From positions 122,803 to 186,802 of the forward strand of contig JBGSVP010000003.1 of NCBI GenBank assembly GCA_041752875.1: 64,000 nucleotides of DNA. The letters run 5' to 3'. Under the pieces are notes generated by a model that had not been told where the DNA came from, searched no databases, and saw only the letters and a list, made by a program, of their open reading frames with translations. The position numbers and the translations under genes were made by a program. Source of the DNA: Candidatus Altimarinota bacterium (GTDB lineage Bacteria > Patescibacteriota > Gracilibacteria > UBA1369). Below are positions 20,126 through 29,597 of the stretch, in pieces (position 1 is the first letter of the stretch; each line of letters opens with the position of its first letter).

Positions 20126-21409
20126 ATGCGTATATTCAAAGGTTTGATATTCAATCCGATAACAAGAAAAAAGACGGAAATCTACAATCCGGGGTATCTG
20201 GCGGTTTCCTCTGACGGACGCATAGAAGGCTGTTATAATACAAATCCCGGCAAACGTTTTCCAAAAGCCCAGCTCATCGACCTCGGCGGAAAGGTCATAA
20301 TGCCAGGACTAATAGATACCCACGTCCACCTGCCGCAATATGCCTATGCCGGAATCGGGGTTCCTAACCTTCTTCTTTGGCTGAAAAAATACGCGTTTCC
20401 CCGCGAAACCGAATTTGCCAAGAGACAGATTGCGCGACAGGCCGCGGAAATTTTCTTCGATGACCTGATAAGGAACGGAACGACCACAGCCATGGTCTAT
20501 GGCACGATTCACCGTGAGGCCACGGATATAGCCTTCGGCGTTGCGCAGAAAAAGGGGCTTCGCGTAATCATGGGAAAGGTGATGATGGACAGGGGAGTAC
20601 CGAAAGACCTCCTGGAAAAGACACAGGATTCGCTCCGCGAAAGCGAGCTGCTGATAAAAAAATGGCACGGCAAAGATAACGGAAGACTTCTTTACGCTCT
20701 CACCCCGCGATTCGCCATCACCTGCACGTCCGCATTGATGAAAGGTGTTGCGACGCTGGCGAAAAAATACGGCGTCCACATCCAGACCCACCTTTCGGAA
20801 AACCCCGGCGAAATCGAAACGGTTTCCAAATTGTTCCCCAAAGCCAAAGATTACACCGATGTCTATGATTCATGCTCACTACTCGGCAAAAATACGGTCA
20901 TGGCTCATTGTGTACATCTGAACGGGCGGGAACGGAAAATCCTGAAAGAAACAGGGACAAAGATAGCTCACTGCCCAACCTCGAACAGATTCATGCAGAC
21001 AGGAGTCATGCCATACCGCAGATGGACCGACGAAGGCCTGACCATAGGCCTTGGAACCGATGTGGCCGGCGGATACACGCTTTCGATCTTCAACGAGATG
21101 AAAGAAGCCATCGAGACCTCGAAATCCTACAACATCCTGAACCCCGGTTCTCCGAAAAAAATCATCACGCCGGAAGAAGCATTGTACCTGGCGACACTGG
21201 GCGGAGCCAAAGCCCTGTGCCTGGATAAAGAAACAGGCAATTTTACGGCGGGAAAGGATGCGGACTTCATAATAGTCGATCCGATACCGTCGGACCCGTT
21301 TAAAGGCAAAAACCGATACGATTCCCCGACGGAGATACTTTCAAGACTTATCTACCGCGCCGGACATGAATCGGTGGATGCAGTATTCGTGCGCGGGAAA
21401 CAGCTTTAA
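20126..21409 (+). CDS. Amidohydrolase-superfamily deaminase, guanine-deaminase-like
   Basis: Contains PGLIDTHVHLPQ, HLSEN..EI, HCVHL and GTDVAGG, the metal-ligand pattern of the guanine deaminase / chlorohydrolase subgroup. Substrate is not proven. Confidence 0.65.
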   Translation: MRIFKGLIFNPITRKKTEIYNPGYLAVSSDGRIEGCYNTNPGKRFPKAQLIDLGGKVIMPGLIDTHVHLPQYAYAGIGVPNLLLWLKKYAFPRETEFAKRQIARQAAEIFFDDLIRNGTTTAMVYGTIHREATDIAFGVAQKKGLRVIMGKVMMDRGVPKDLLEKTQDSLRESELLIKKWHGKDNGRLLYALTPRFAITCTSALMKGVATLAKKYGVHIQTHLSENPGEIETVSKLFPKAKDYTDVYDSCSLLGKNTVMAHCVHLNGRERKILKETGTKIAHCPTSNRFMQTGVMPYRRWTDEGLTIGLGTDVAGGYTLSIFNEMKEAIETSKSYNILNPGSPKKIITPEEALYLATLGGAKALCLDKETGNFTAGKDADFIIVDPIPSDPFKGKNRYDSPTEILSRLIYRAGHESVDAVFVRGKQL

Positions 21410-21423
21410 ATGACCGATTACCT

Positions 21424-21981
21424 ATGATGCCTGTTACAGATTTCACCATCCCCTTCCTAACAGTCGCTTTGGCCGAACTGGGTGATAAAAGCCAAATCCT
21501 TGTTTTTCTTCTCTCATCCAAAACAAAAAAACATTTCTCGTTACTTTTGGGGGTAATGGCCGGCTTTTTTGTAGTCGACGGCCTGGCTATTCTGATAGGT
21601 TCTCGTGTCGTAGATGTCATTCCCTCTTTTTGGTTAAAGGCCGTAACGGGAACGGTATTTATAGTCCTGGGGGTACTGATGCTTACCAATAAAGAAAAGG
21701 ATGAAGGAAAAAACACTCATCTAAAGAATCCTTTAGTGACGGGTTTTACCATGATATTTATGGCGGAATGGGGGGACAAGACCCAAATCGCCAGTGCCCT
21801 TTTCGCCACAAAATACGAACCGATGGCTGTATTTGTCGCAGTGATTGCGGCATTGTTGTTACTCTCGGTTTCGGCAATCTACTTGGGAAAGATCTTTGCC
21901 GATAAGATTGATAAACGGCTTACCACAAAGATAGCCGGCGTCCTGTTTATGATAATCGGGTTATCTTCGTTCATTTATTAA
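21424..21981 (+). CDS. UPF0016 (Gdt1/TMEM165/MneA) family Ca2+/Mn2+ transporter
   Basis: Two copies of the family signature E-x-G-D-K-(S/T)-Q (ELGDKSQ and EWGDKTQ) in a six-TM, 185-aa protein. Confidence 0.8.
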   Translation: MMPVTDFTIPFLTVALAELGDKSQILVFLLSSKTKKHFSLLLGVMAGFFVVDGLAILIGSRVVDVIPSFWLKAVTGTVFIVLGVLMLTNKEKDEGKNTHLKNPLVTGFTMIFMAEWGDKTQIASALFATKYEPMAVFVAVIAALLLLSVSAIYLGKIFADKIDKRLTTKIAGVLFMIIGLSSFIY

Positions 21982-22132
21982 AAGGTGCACGGCAAAGAAG
22001 CCTTTAGCTTAACATAAAAAGCTTTTTAAGATCGCTGGTATTTGCATCTATCGGCTTTATGCACATCTACTTCAAGAAAATGCGTATTTGAGCTATAATA
22101 TAATGAAAACAATCAATTTATTCATTTTAAAA

Positions 22133-24880
22133 ATGCCTAAAAATTCAATTGAGATAAACAAGACGCATGACTGGCATACGGTGTCAGCTGATAAACTTTT
22201 CCTAATGCTCAATTCTATGTCCTCCGGTCTCACCGGCGACCAGGTGGAAAGGAGACGTGAAGAATATGGAGATAACTCATTACCCAAGCAAAAACACCCA
22301 GGGGTTGTTGTTATATTTCTGCACCAGTTCATGAGCCCGCTTATCTATATACTTTTTGCGGCCGCGGTTATTTCTATGATTATTGGCGATTTTAAAGACG
22401 CGATTTTCATCTTTGCAGTAATATTATTGAATGCGGCACTTGGTACTTTTCAAGAATGGAAAGCTGAAAAAAACGCTTCGGCATTGCAGAACATGCTGAA
22501 GACTATAACTGTAGTTAAGAGGGGAGGGCATGAGATTGAAATAGCCGCTGAAGAGCTTGTGCCTGGCGATATAGTAATGTTGGAATCAGGGAACAAGGTG
22601 CCTGCGGACATTCGCATTCTTAGTGTCAAGAACCTTCAGGCGGACGAGGCATTGCTTACGGGGGAGTCTCTTCCGGTTGGAAAGACCGATATTCTTCTTG
22701 ATAAAAGCGTTGAAATCATAGAAAGGAACAATATGCTGTTCGCGGGAACTACCATCAATAGCGGCAGATGTACGGGCATAGTTGTCGAAACAGGGATACG
22801 CACGGAGGTCGGTAAGATTGCGGCATCGGTGACGAAATCAAAGATGACCAAACCTCCACTGGTGATAAGAATGGAAAAGTTTTCCAGCAACATTAGTTAT
22901 ATAGTATTGGCATCCTGCCTGCTTCTTGCCGGTGTGGCTCTGGCCAGGGGAATCCCTTATGGCGAAGTTTTTTTTCTTGCAGTGGCCCTCGCAGTATCAG
23001 CAATCCCTGAAGGACTGCCTGTGGCTCTGACTGTCGCCCTTTCAATCGCTACTAACAGGATGGCAAAACGGAATGTGATTGTTCGCAAACTCGCAGCCGT
23101 GGAAAGCCTTGGAAGCTGTACCTGTATCGCCAGTGACAAGACGGGGACATTGACACACAACAAACAGACAGCCAAAACGATATGGTTACCTTCCCATGAA
23201 AGATTTGACCTGACGGGCGAAGGATACGAGGGAGTCGGCGAGGTACTTTTTTCAACGGGAGACAATGTTAAAGCAGAAGCGGAAAAACAGTTGCATGAGA
23301 TTGCTGTCGCTTCCGCAATATGTAATGAGGCGACACTGGAAAAAGAAGACGGAAAATGGAAGCACCATGGTGATACGGTAGATATAGCACTTCTTGCGAT
23401 GGGGTATAAGATTGGGGTCAATACACACGCTTTAAGGAATAAATACGATATAATAGGTGAAATACCTTTTGAGTCGGAAATCAGGTTCTCGGCCAAGTTC
23501 TATCATAATGGGCACGGGAATGAGGTGGCGGTCAAGGGAGCACTTGAAACAATTCTGAAACATTGTGATACCATGATGGTTGACGGGAAGCATTCACCAA
23601 TCAATATATCGGATATTGAAAAGGCAGGAGTGATGTTGGCAGAAGAGGGATTTAGGGTCATCGCGGTTGCTCACGGTAAAGTCGGCAAGAACTGGCCCGG
23701 TAGTGATATAAAAGATAAGTCCCTTGGAGAAGATGACCTTCCCCCTCTGACTTTACTCGGTCTTGTGGGAATGATAGATCCGCTTCGGGTGGAAGTTAAA
23801 GATGCTATCGAAAAGTGCCGTCAGGCGGGAATCTGTGTTGTTATGGTGACGGGAGATCATCCAGCCACTGCTCTGGCAATAGCCCGAGAACTCGGTATCG
23901 CCAATGGAGAAAATGATATAGTTACGGGGAAACGACTGGATGAAGCCGGATCATCCGATATGCCCGCATTCATTGAGGCTGTGCGCTACGGCAAGGTGTT
24001 TGCCAGGGTAACGCCACTCCAGAAAATGGAAATTGTCGGAGCGCTGATGAAACTTGGACATTTCGTAGCAGTCACAGGTGATGGAATTAATGATTCTCCA
24101 GCTTTGCGTAAAGCCAATATCGGTGTAGCAATGGGGTCGGGCACTGACGTCACCAAGGATACCGCTTCCATTATCATCACTGACGATAATTTCGTTTCAA
24201 TCGTCGCGGGGGTGGAGGAAGGTCGTCACGCCTACAACAACGTCAGAAAAGTTATATATCTTTTGATTTCCCAGGGTGCGGCGGAAATAGCCCTCTTCAC
24301 ACTTGCATTGTTTGCGGGATTGCCTATGCCATTGCTCGCGGTACAACTTCTCTGGCTAAATCTCGCCACCAATGGCATTCAGGACGTAGCTCTCGCATTC
24401 GAAGGAGGTGAAAAAGAAGTGATGAAATCTCCACCGCGAAAACCAAAGGAAAATATTTTCAACCCGCTAATGCTTAAACAGACAATTATCGCAGGCTCCA
24501 CGATGGCCACGGTCGCTTTCGTTACATGGTATATCCTCTTACGCGAAGGTTTTAGTGAATTTGAAGCCCGCAATATTCTACTCTTCATGATGGTACTAAT
24601 GGAAAATGTCCACGCCTTTAATGCTCGTTCTGAAACTGTTTCAGCCTTCAAAATACCCATACGCAACAACATACTGTTAGTTTTCGGCGTTATTGTAGCT
24701 CAATCCCTCCATGTGATTTCCACATATGTACCGTTTATGCAGGATACTCTTAAGATCGCACCGGTTTCCCTTGGGCAATGGCTCATAATGATTCCGTTTG
24801 CTCTCTCGGTGTTAGTAGCTATGGAAATCTTTAAAAAACTACGAAAAAAGGATGAACGCGCCACAATTAAATCTGCTTAG
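22133..24880 (+). CDS. P-type cation-transporting ATPase, P2 (Ca2+/Mn2+, SERCA/PMR1-like) class
   Basis: Contains TGES, the phosphorylation site DKTGTLT, PEGLP in M4, TGDHPATA and VTGDGINDSPALRKANIGVAMG. The track ORF starts at a TTG (22088). I prefer the ATG at 22133 because a TATAAT box at 22094-22099 would place the transcription start after 22103. The start remains uncertain. Confidence 0.9.
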   Translation: MPKNSIEINKTHDWHTVSADKLFLMLNSMSSGLTGDQVERRREEYGDNSLPKQKHPGVVVIFLHQFMSPLIYILFAAAVISMIIGDFKDAIFIFAVILLNAALGTFQEWKAEKNASALQNMLKTITVVKRGGHEIEIAAEELVPGDIVMLESGNKVPADIRILSVKNLQADEALLTGESLPVGKTDILLDKSVEIIERNNMLFAGTTINSGRCTGIVVETGIRTEVGKIAASVTKSKMTKPPLVIRMEKFSSNISYIVLASCLLLAGVALARGIPYGEVFFLAVALAVSAIPEGLPVALTVALSIATNRMAKRNVIVRKLAAVESLGSCTCIASDKTGTLTHNKQTAKTIWLPSHERFDLTGEGYEGVGEVLFSTGDNVKAEAEKQLHEIAVASAICNEATLEKEDGKWKHHGDTVDIALLAMGYKIGVNTHALRNKYDIIGEIPFESEIRFSAKFYHNGHGNEVAVKGALETILKHCDTMMVDGKHSPINISDIEKAGVMLAEEGFRVIAVAHGKVGKNWPGSDIKDKSLGEDDLPPLTLLGLVGMIDPLRVEVKDAIEKCRQAGICVVMVTGDHPATALAIARELGIANGENDIVTGKRLDEAGSSDMPAFIEAVRYGKVFARVTPLQKMEIVGALMKLGHFVAVTGDGINDSPALRKANIGVAMGSGTDVTKDTASIIITDDNFVSIVAGVEEGRHAYNNVRKVIYLLISQGAAEIALFTLALFAGLPMPLLAVQLLWLNLATNGIQDVALAFEGGEKEVMKSPPRKPKENIFNPLMLKQTIIAGSTMATVAFVTWYILLREGFSEFEARNILLFMMVLMENVHAFNARSETVSAFKIPIRNNILLVFGVIVAQSLHVISTYVPFMQDTLKIAPVSLGQWLIMIPFALSVLVAMEIFKKLRKKDERATIKSA

Positions 24881-24943
24881 TCCGATTTGGCATAAAATTC
24901 AAAAAAACGATATTTAAAAATATCGAATCTTGATTTTATGATT

Positions 24944-25020
24944 TGGAGCGGGTAAGGGGGCTCGAACCCCTGACCTCAACCTTGGCAAGGTTGCGCTCTA
25001 GCCAACTGAGCTACACCCGC
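24944..25020 (-). tRNA. tRNA-Gly (anticodon GCC), CCA encoded
   Basis: Hand-folded cloverleaf. Acceptor GCGGGTG/TACCCGC, D arm GCTC..GAGC, anticodon stem CAACC/GGTTG with loop TTGCCAA, T arm AGGGG-TTCGAGC-CCCCT, discriminator U, then CCA. 77 nt. Confidence 0.9.
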
Positions 25021-25037
25021 TCGAATACGGCAATAAT

Positions 25038-26375
25038 TTAACTGATAGCTTGGCTTATTTCAATATCTTTTTTGCCGGCCTCCCCGAACATCTTGCGGAT
25101 TTTACCCAGACCGGAGATGACCATGAAGCTTTCGCCGGCTATCGCGCCCGCCATTATCAGCCAGGTTTTGGCGATTGGGTCCTGGGTTGCGAAGACCATG
25201 GCAAAGAAAACGGCGGCTAAAGCAAGAGCTCCTAATTCTCTTTTCAGTAGCCAGATTTCCTTTTCCATGGCGAAGAGGGTAATCAGAATCAGGTCATATC
25301 CGTAAGAGACGGCGGCCAAAAACAACATCATCGGCATCACGAACCATAGTTCGGGGAGTATGTATTTCTTGTGTGCCAGTATTTCCAGCATTAGCGAGCT
25401 TACGATCGTTCCTCCCGCGAACAAAAGGATACCCGCCAAAAGAATGATTTTCTTTATCGATGAATATAGTTTTTTTGCTTTTTCGAAATGACCTTCGTCC
25501 AGTGACTGTTTGAAGCCCGGTAGTACCGAATACATAAGGAAAGTAGAGGCCAGACTTACGATTTGCGCGATCCTGAAAGAAACGCTGAACGAGCCGAACT
25601 GGATTCCCGTAAGAGAACTGTTTGCCAGATAATCCGGGATGAAACGGAAATAGAGGTTGTTGAATATGTTGATAATCCCGAAAGGCAGACTGGCAAGCAA
25701 AAAATTCACCATCATTTTCTTGTCGGGCCTGAAGTTCCATACGATCTTCTCTCTTACGAAATGCATGGCTAGTCCGACGGAAACCACGCTCCCGAAAAGA
25801 AAAGGCAGAAAAAGCAGAGAAAGATCAAACACGCCATTACCTGTGGTAGTGCCGCCGCTGAAATACCTTACCACCATAAACACTCCTACACACTGTATCA
25901 GTTTGCCGGCTATAAGAGAAAAAGTCGACCTTCCCATCATGTAGTTGGACTGCAACATCCCGTCACAGACCGACTTGATGTTATCGAAGAACAGCGAACC
26001 GAAATAAAGAATCGACCCGAAGATGAACATCCTGTCCGCGCCTGTTATGGACAGGACGAATATTGCGGTCACAAAGAAAGTAAGAGCGGTAACGATACGC
26101 AGTGCAAGCGCGTTGATGAAGATCTTCCCGTCGGATGGATTATCCGCCATCTTTTTGACCACATTGCCGAATATTCCCAAATTTGCCGCGGTCGAAAAGA
26201 AAAGCGTATATTCGGCAATCGCGGCATATGTCCCGTAATCATGCCCGGACAGGAATCCCGCAATCAGCTTGAGGTTAATCATCGAAAATACCAGCTGAAG
26301 CATTTTTCCTGCGTACTGCACCATCGTGGAGAAAGCTATCTTTTTGCCCAACAGGACAAGTGAAGGGGTTTGCAT
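25038..26375 (-). CDS. MOP-superfamily polysaccharide/oligosaccharide flippase (Wzx/MurJ-like)
   Basis: 445 aa with about 12-14 TM helices and the typical N-terminal segment of polysaccharide biosynthesis proteins. Assigned from topology and composition only. Confidence 0.55.
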   Translation of the reverse strand: MQTPSLVLLGKKIAFSTMVQYAGKMLQLVFSMINLKLIAGFLSGHDYGTYAAIAEYTLFFSTAANLGIFGNVVKKMADNPSDGKIFINALALRIVTALTFFVTAIFVLSITGADRMFIFGSILYFGSLFFDNIKSVCDGMLQSNYMMGRSTFSLIAGKLIQCVGVFMVVRYFSGGTTTGNGVFDLSLLFLPFLFGSVVSVGLAMHFVREKIVWNFRPDKKMMVNFLLASLPFGIINIFNNLYFRFIPDYLANSSLTGIQFGSFSVSFRIAQIVSLASTFLMYSVLPGFKQSLDEGHFEKAKKLYSSIKKIILLAGILLFAGGTIVSSLMLEILAHKKYILPELWFVMPMMLFLAAVSYGYDLILITLFAMEKEIWLLKRELGALALAAVFFAMVFATQDPIAKTWLIMAGAIAGESFMVISGLGKIRKMFGEAGKKDIEISQAIS

Positions 26376-26397
26376 ATGTATTTTGTGATTTGCATTA

Positions 26398-27318
26398 TTA
26401 TAACGATGGAGGCAATACCTCTATCATCCTCTTTTCGCCGGATTCTATCGGTTCCGCCCAGTCGTGAAGTGCATTTTGTAGAACGGACCATCTGTAGACA
26501 TAATTTTCACCCTTGCGCGTACCTACATCGTGAGTGATGACCTTTTTTCCTTCCTTGTAGCCTTTGACGACCATTGCATGATAGACCGGACCGCCGTTCT
26601 TATAGTTGGGATTCCCGATTTTCTTACCGGCAAAAGTCATTACTATAAGATGACCTTTATTAAGAGTCTTCATTATGTCTTCGTAAGACGGATTCTCCAC
26701 GATTACTGTCTTTAGACCAAGATAGTCGGCCAGTATCTCCGCGGTCTGTTCTACTGAAGTATGTTTGTAATCGCCGAAGCGCTTCTTTTCCCATTCCACA
26801 AGTTTCAGAATCTGGTCGTTGAACTGCTCCCGGGTCCAGTTATGGTCATAATAAGCGTTCGCGATAAGCAGTACGGATGCCTCTTCACAGGCTTCCTGCC
26901 AGGGATTATCCCAGTTGGAGAAAGGCGCCTGGGTGTAGAACGGGATGTCGAGGTTAAGCGAAAGAGGCAGGGGAGCGGAAGCGACTTTTTCGTCACGGGT
27001 GATTATTTCTTGTGTGACTATGTCGGCTTTTTCCTCGATAACAGAAGCCTTTTGTAAGTTTACCTTTGGCCTGGCCGATAATCCTTTCGTTGATATGCTT
27101 TTTTGTTCGACCTGTGTGTTTTTCCCTTCACTATTCGTGACACGCATATTCTCCGCCCCCAGTACATCCGCCATGGAAGACTTCGAAACGACTTCGGCCA
27201 GACTCACTGCCTTGGGTGCCGTTTCCTTAGCATTCATGATGAACCTGAAATATATGAATGTACCGAAGAAAGAGATAATCAGTACGTGAACCAGGATGAA
27301 TGTTTTTTTAGCGCTCAT
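26398..27318 (-). CDS. Secreted peptidase C39-like (YvpB-type) domain protein
   Basis: N-terminal TM/signal segment. LDIPFYTQAPFSNWDNPWQEACEEASVLLIANAY has Cys in the C39_2-type context, with downstream GHLIVM and YHAMVVKGY providing a candidate His. Confidence 0.6.
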   Translation of the reverse strand: MSAKKTFILVHVLIISFFGTFIYFRFIMNAKETAPKAVSLAEVVSKSSMADVLGAENMRVTNSEGKNTQVEQKSISTKGLSARPKVNLQKASVIEEKADIVTQEIITRDEKVASAPLPLSLNLDIPFYTQAPFSNWDNPWQEACEEASVLLIANAYYDHNWTREQFNDQILKLVEWEKKRFGDYKHTSVEQTAEILADYLGLKTVIVENPSYEDIMKTLNKGHLIVMTFAGKKIGNPNYKNGGPVYHAMVVKGYKEGKKVITHDVGTRKGENYVYRWSVLQNALHDWAEPIESGEKRMIEVLPPSL

Positions 27319-27371
27319 GATGACATTGATAATCGGAACTAATACTGCCAGTTTTTACTCCTCCCGTCCAC

Positions 27372-27404
27372 ATTCACCAGGTGAGTGGCATTCACCTGGT
27401 GAAT
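27372..27404. promoter_or_regulatory. Perfect 13-bp inverted repeat (hairpin) abutting the stop codon of the last gene of the minus-strand operon
   Basis: ATTCACCAGGTGA-gtggcat-TCACCTGGTGAAT. There is no U-tract on the minus strand, so it may be a factor-dependent terminator, an RNA-stability element or a protein-binding palindrome. Confidence 0.5.
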
Positions 27405-28508
27405 TTACCACACTCTGATTGACGGGCGGGATACGTAGTCTCTGGTTTCCGCGGCGGGATTCTGGTTTATGTAGAAAATGAAACAGTTGTTGATGGAGTC
27501 CCATCCGGCATAAGGTATAGATATCTTCCCGGAGAGATCAGTCCATTCTTCAGCGAAATCTTCCGCATTCCCTTTCCCATTGCCGGGAGTAACCGCGGTA
27601 TCGGACAGATGCTCGTTGCATAGCAGGGTACAATGGACTTTATCTATAATCATTTCTTCCGGTTCCTGGTCGGGGGCTGTTTTTGCGCGTTCATAAAGAC
27701 GGAGCGACATCTGTACCAGCATTGCGTATTCGTGGTCGGAAATCATGGCCATCCCCTGGGAAAGATATGAGTTTTTTATGAGAGCATAAAGTTCCGGCAG
27801 TTTCTTGTTTTTCTTCATCTTCGCCGGAATCGGAGGCATACAGGGACTGCCGTCCACGACGTAAACCTCGATGGATTCTTTTTTCGGTCCCCAGACGTCG
27901 CATCTGGGGTCGTGTGAGAATCCGGTTATTCCCTGTGAAAAATTCTGCCACTCGTATTTTGGGTTATGGTCAATCTTGTCCACCTTGGAAAAAAAGTTTC
28001 CCGGCGGTACCAAAAGGATAACCGGTTTATTGAAACGGTTTATACACGACAACATTTCCGGCCCGAGTTGCCGTATTTTCGTAAGAACAGGAATCATTAT
28101 GGGAATCTTTGTCTGGTATCCGTAATCTATCAGTGTGTCGACCATCAGTCCGTAGCTATTGGCGAGCTTTTGGAAAAGTTGCCGGCTTTCGGGAGGGACG
28201 GTGGATAAGAAATTGTCGATGTTTTGCGTCACGGGTTTTTTCTTGGGTGTTTTTACCGGCTTCGCTATGTGATTTTGAGCTCCCGGTTCAAAGAATTTGG
28301 CTTTTTGTGCCACATTCACCGCTAAGGCAATCGCTTCCACGATATTTTCGATCTTCTTCAGAGCGTATTCGTCGGTATCGATTTTTTCGACTATTTTCAT
28401 CAGTTTCTCTGCATGCGCATCCACGATGGCTTTGCACGGACCATATTCATATTCCTTGCTGTTCCTTATGTTTTCCAGGAAATCCCTTATGTGCTCTTTT
28501 GTAATCAT
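27405..28508 (-). CDS. Paralog 1 of uncharacterised family (367 aa)
   Basis: Shares the family blocks: N-terminal KEHIRDFLENIRNSKEYEYGPCKAIVD, FNKPVILLVPPGNFFSKVDKIDHN, VWGP...VYVVDGSPCMP, HEYAMLVQMSL and the C-terminal SRPSIRVW. Confidence 0.8.
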   Translation of the reverse strand: MITKEHIRDFLENIRNSKEYEYGPCKAIVDAHAEKLMKIVEKIDTDEYALKKIENIVEAIALAVNVAQKAKFFEPGAQNHIAKPVKTPKKKPVTQNIDNFLSTVPPESRQLFQKLANSYGLMVDTLIDYGYQTKIPIMIPVLTKIRQLGPEMLSCINRFNKPVILLVPPGNFFSKVDKIDHNPKYEWQNFSQGITGFSHDPRCDVWGPKKESIEVYVVDGSPCMPPIPAKMKKNKKLPELYALIKNSYLSQGMAMISDHEYAMLVQMSLRLYERAKTAPDQEPEEMIIDKVHCTLLCNEHLSDTAVTPGNGKGNAEDFAEEWTDLSGKISIPYAGWDSINNCFIFYINQNPAAETRDYVSRPSIRVW

Positions 28509-28526
28509 TTAGATAGATTGGATCGA

Positions 28527-29588
28527 CTATTTAAAAAATTCAGGATCAGTTTCCTCGATTGTCTGATACTCCAGGGAGTTTAAAACTAAATCGACAGCAG
28601 GCCGCACCCGTATGGCATTTTTCCCATCGGATACGTCGAGTGCCATAAATACCATTCTGCAATCCCCGTTATCCTTGTTCCTATGCCAAAAACCGAATAC
28701 GGGGCCTATTTCCTGCTGAACAGGCTTGTCGCGGTTCAAAGGAAGAAAAGTCTTTGGCCCGATAGTCCCGCTGACGTTTACGTCAATCGGATGTCCGTCT
28801 CTTATCGCCTTCATCGTCAACATCGCATATTCGTCTGGAGTCATCATCCGCAGACCTTTTCCCGCGAATTTGTTCTTTAGTATATCTATCTTCGAAATTC
28901 CAAGATCATTAGACACTCCGCACTGGTCCGGCGGCATAGATTCGGCTCCGTCCACGATACTGAAGTTGATTAGAAAACTGCTCTTCTGTTGCCAGTGTTT
29001 TGCCGCTACCTCTGTAAAAGAAGTGGACGACTGCTTAAACATTTTTTTGTTACCGTCCAGACGTTTGAACTTTTCCATCAGTTTTTCCGGCGGCGTAACT
29101 ATCACCTCCGGCTTCCCGAACCTGGATATTCGCCAGATGACTTCCGGATTAAGTTTCTTTATCGAAAAACGGATAGTACTCCAGGCAGGCATATTATTTG
29201 TATAATTGTTTGTATATCCGAATTCCTTAAGTGTTTCGATGGTGTGTTTATAACTCTCCTTCATGCTGGCCATCAACGCCTCCGTCTCTGCCGAATCGAG
29301 TGAAACGGCGGAAGCCTCTTCCCCCATCTTCGCGATGTTAGCCATGTCCGGCTCCGTCTTTTCCTGTACTTCTCTTATCCTTTCCCCAACAAATCCCAAT
29401 ATCCTTTCTATGGCTCTGATGACAGGTTTAGTATCCGTCGCCTCATCCGGCGCGAAGGTTAGATTTACCAGCTTCGAAAGAGCCTTACACATAGCTTCTC
29501 TCACTGCCGGACGCGCGTTTTTCAGTTCCTCGCTTTCGGATACGCTATGTGTGAAATCCTCGATGGATTGTTTAAAGGACTTGGTCAT
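28527..29588 (-). CDS. Paralog 2 of uncharacterised family (353 aa, most divergent member)
   Basis: FGKPEVIVTPPEKL, HWQQ...FSIVDGAESMP, DEYAMLTMKAI and the C-terminal IRVRPAVDLVL. It starts 9 nt downstream of the AAA+ gene. Confidence 0.8.
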   Translation of the reverse strand: MTKSFKQSIEDFTHSVSESEELKNARPAVREAMCKALSKLVNLTFAPDEATDTKPVIRAIERILGFVGERIREVQEKTEPDMANIAKMGEEASAVSLDSAETEALMASMKESYKHTIETLKEFGYTNNYTNNMPAWSTIRFSIKKLNPEVIWRISRFGKPEVIVTPPEKLMEKFKRLDGNKKMFKQSSTSFTEVAAKHWQQKSSFLINFSIVDGAESMPPDQCGVSNDLGISKIDILKNKFAGKGLRMMTPDEYAMLTMKAIRDGHPIDVNVSGTIGPKTFLPLNRDKPVQQEIGPVFGFWHRNKDNGDCRMVFMALDVSDGKNAIRVRPAVDLVLNSLEYQTIEETDPEFFK

Positions 29589-29597
29589 GAAAGTGTT

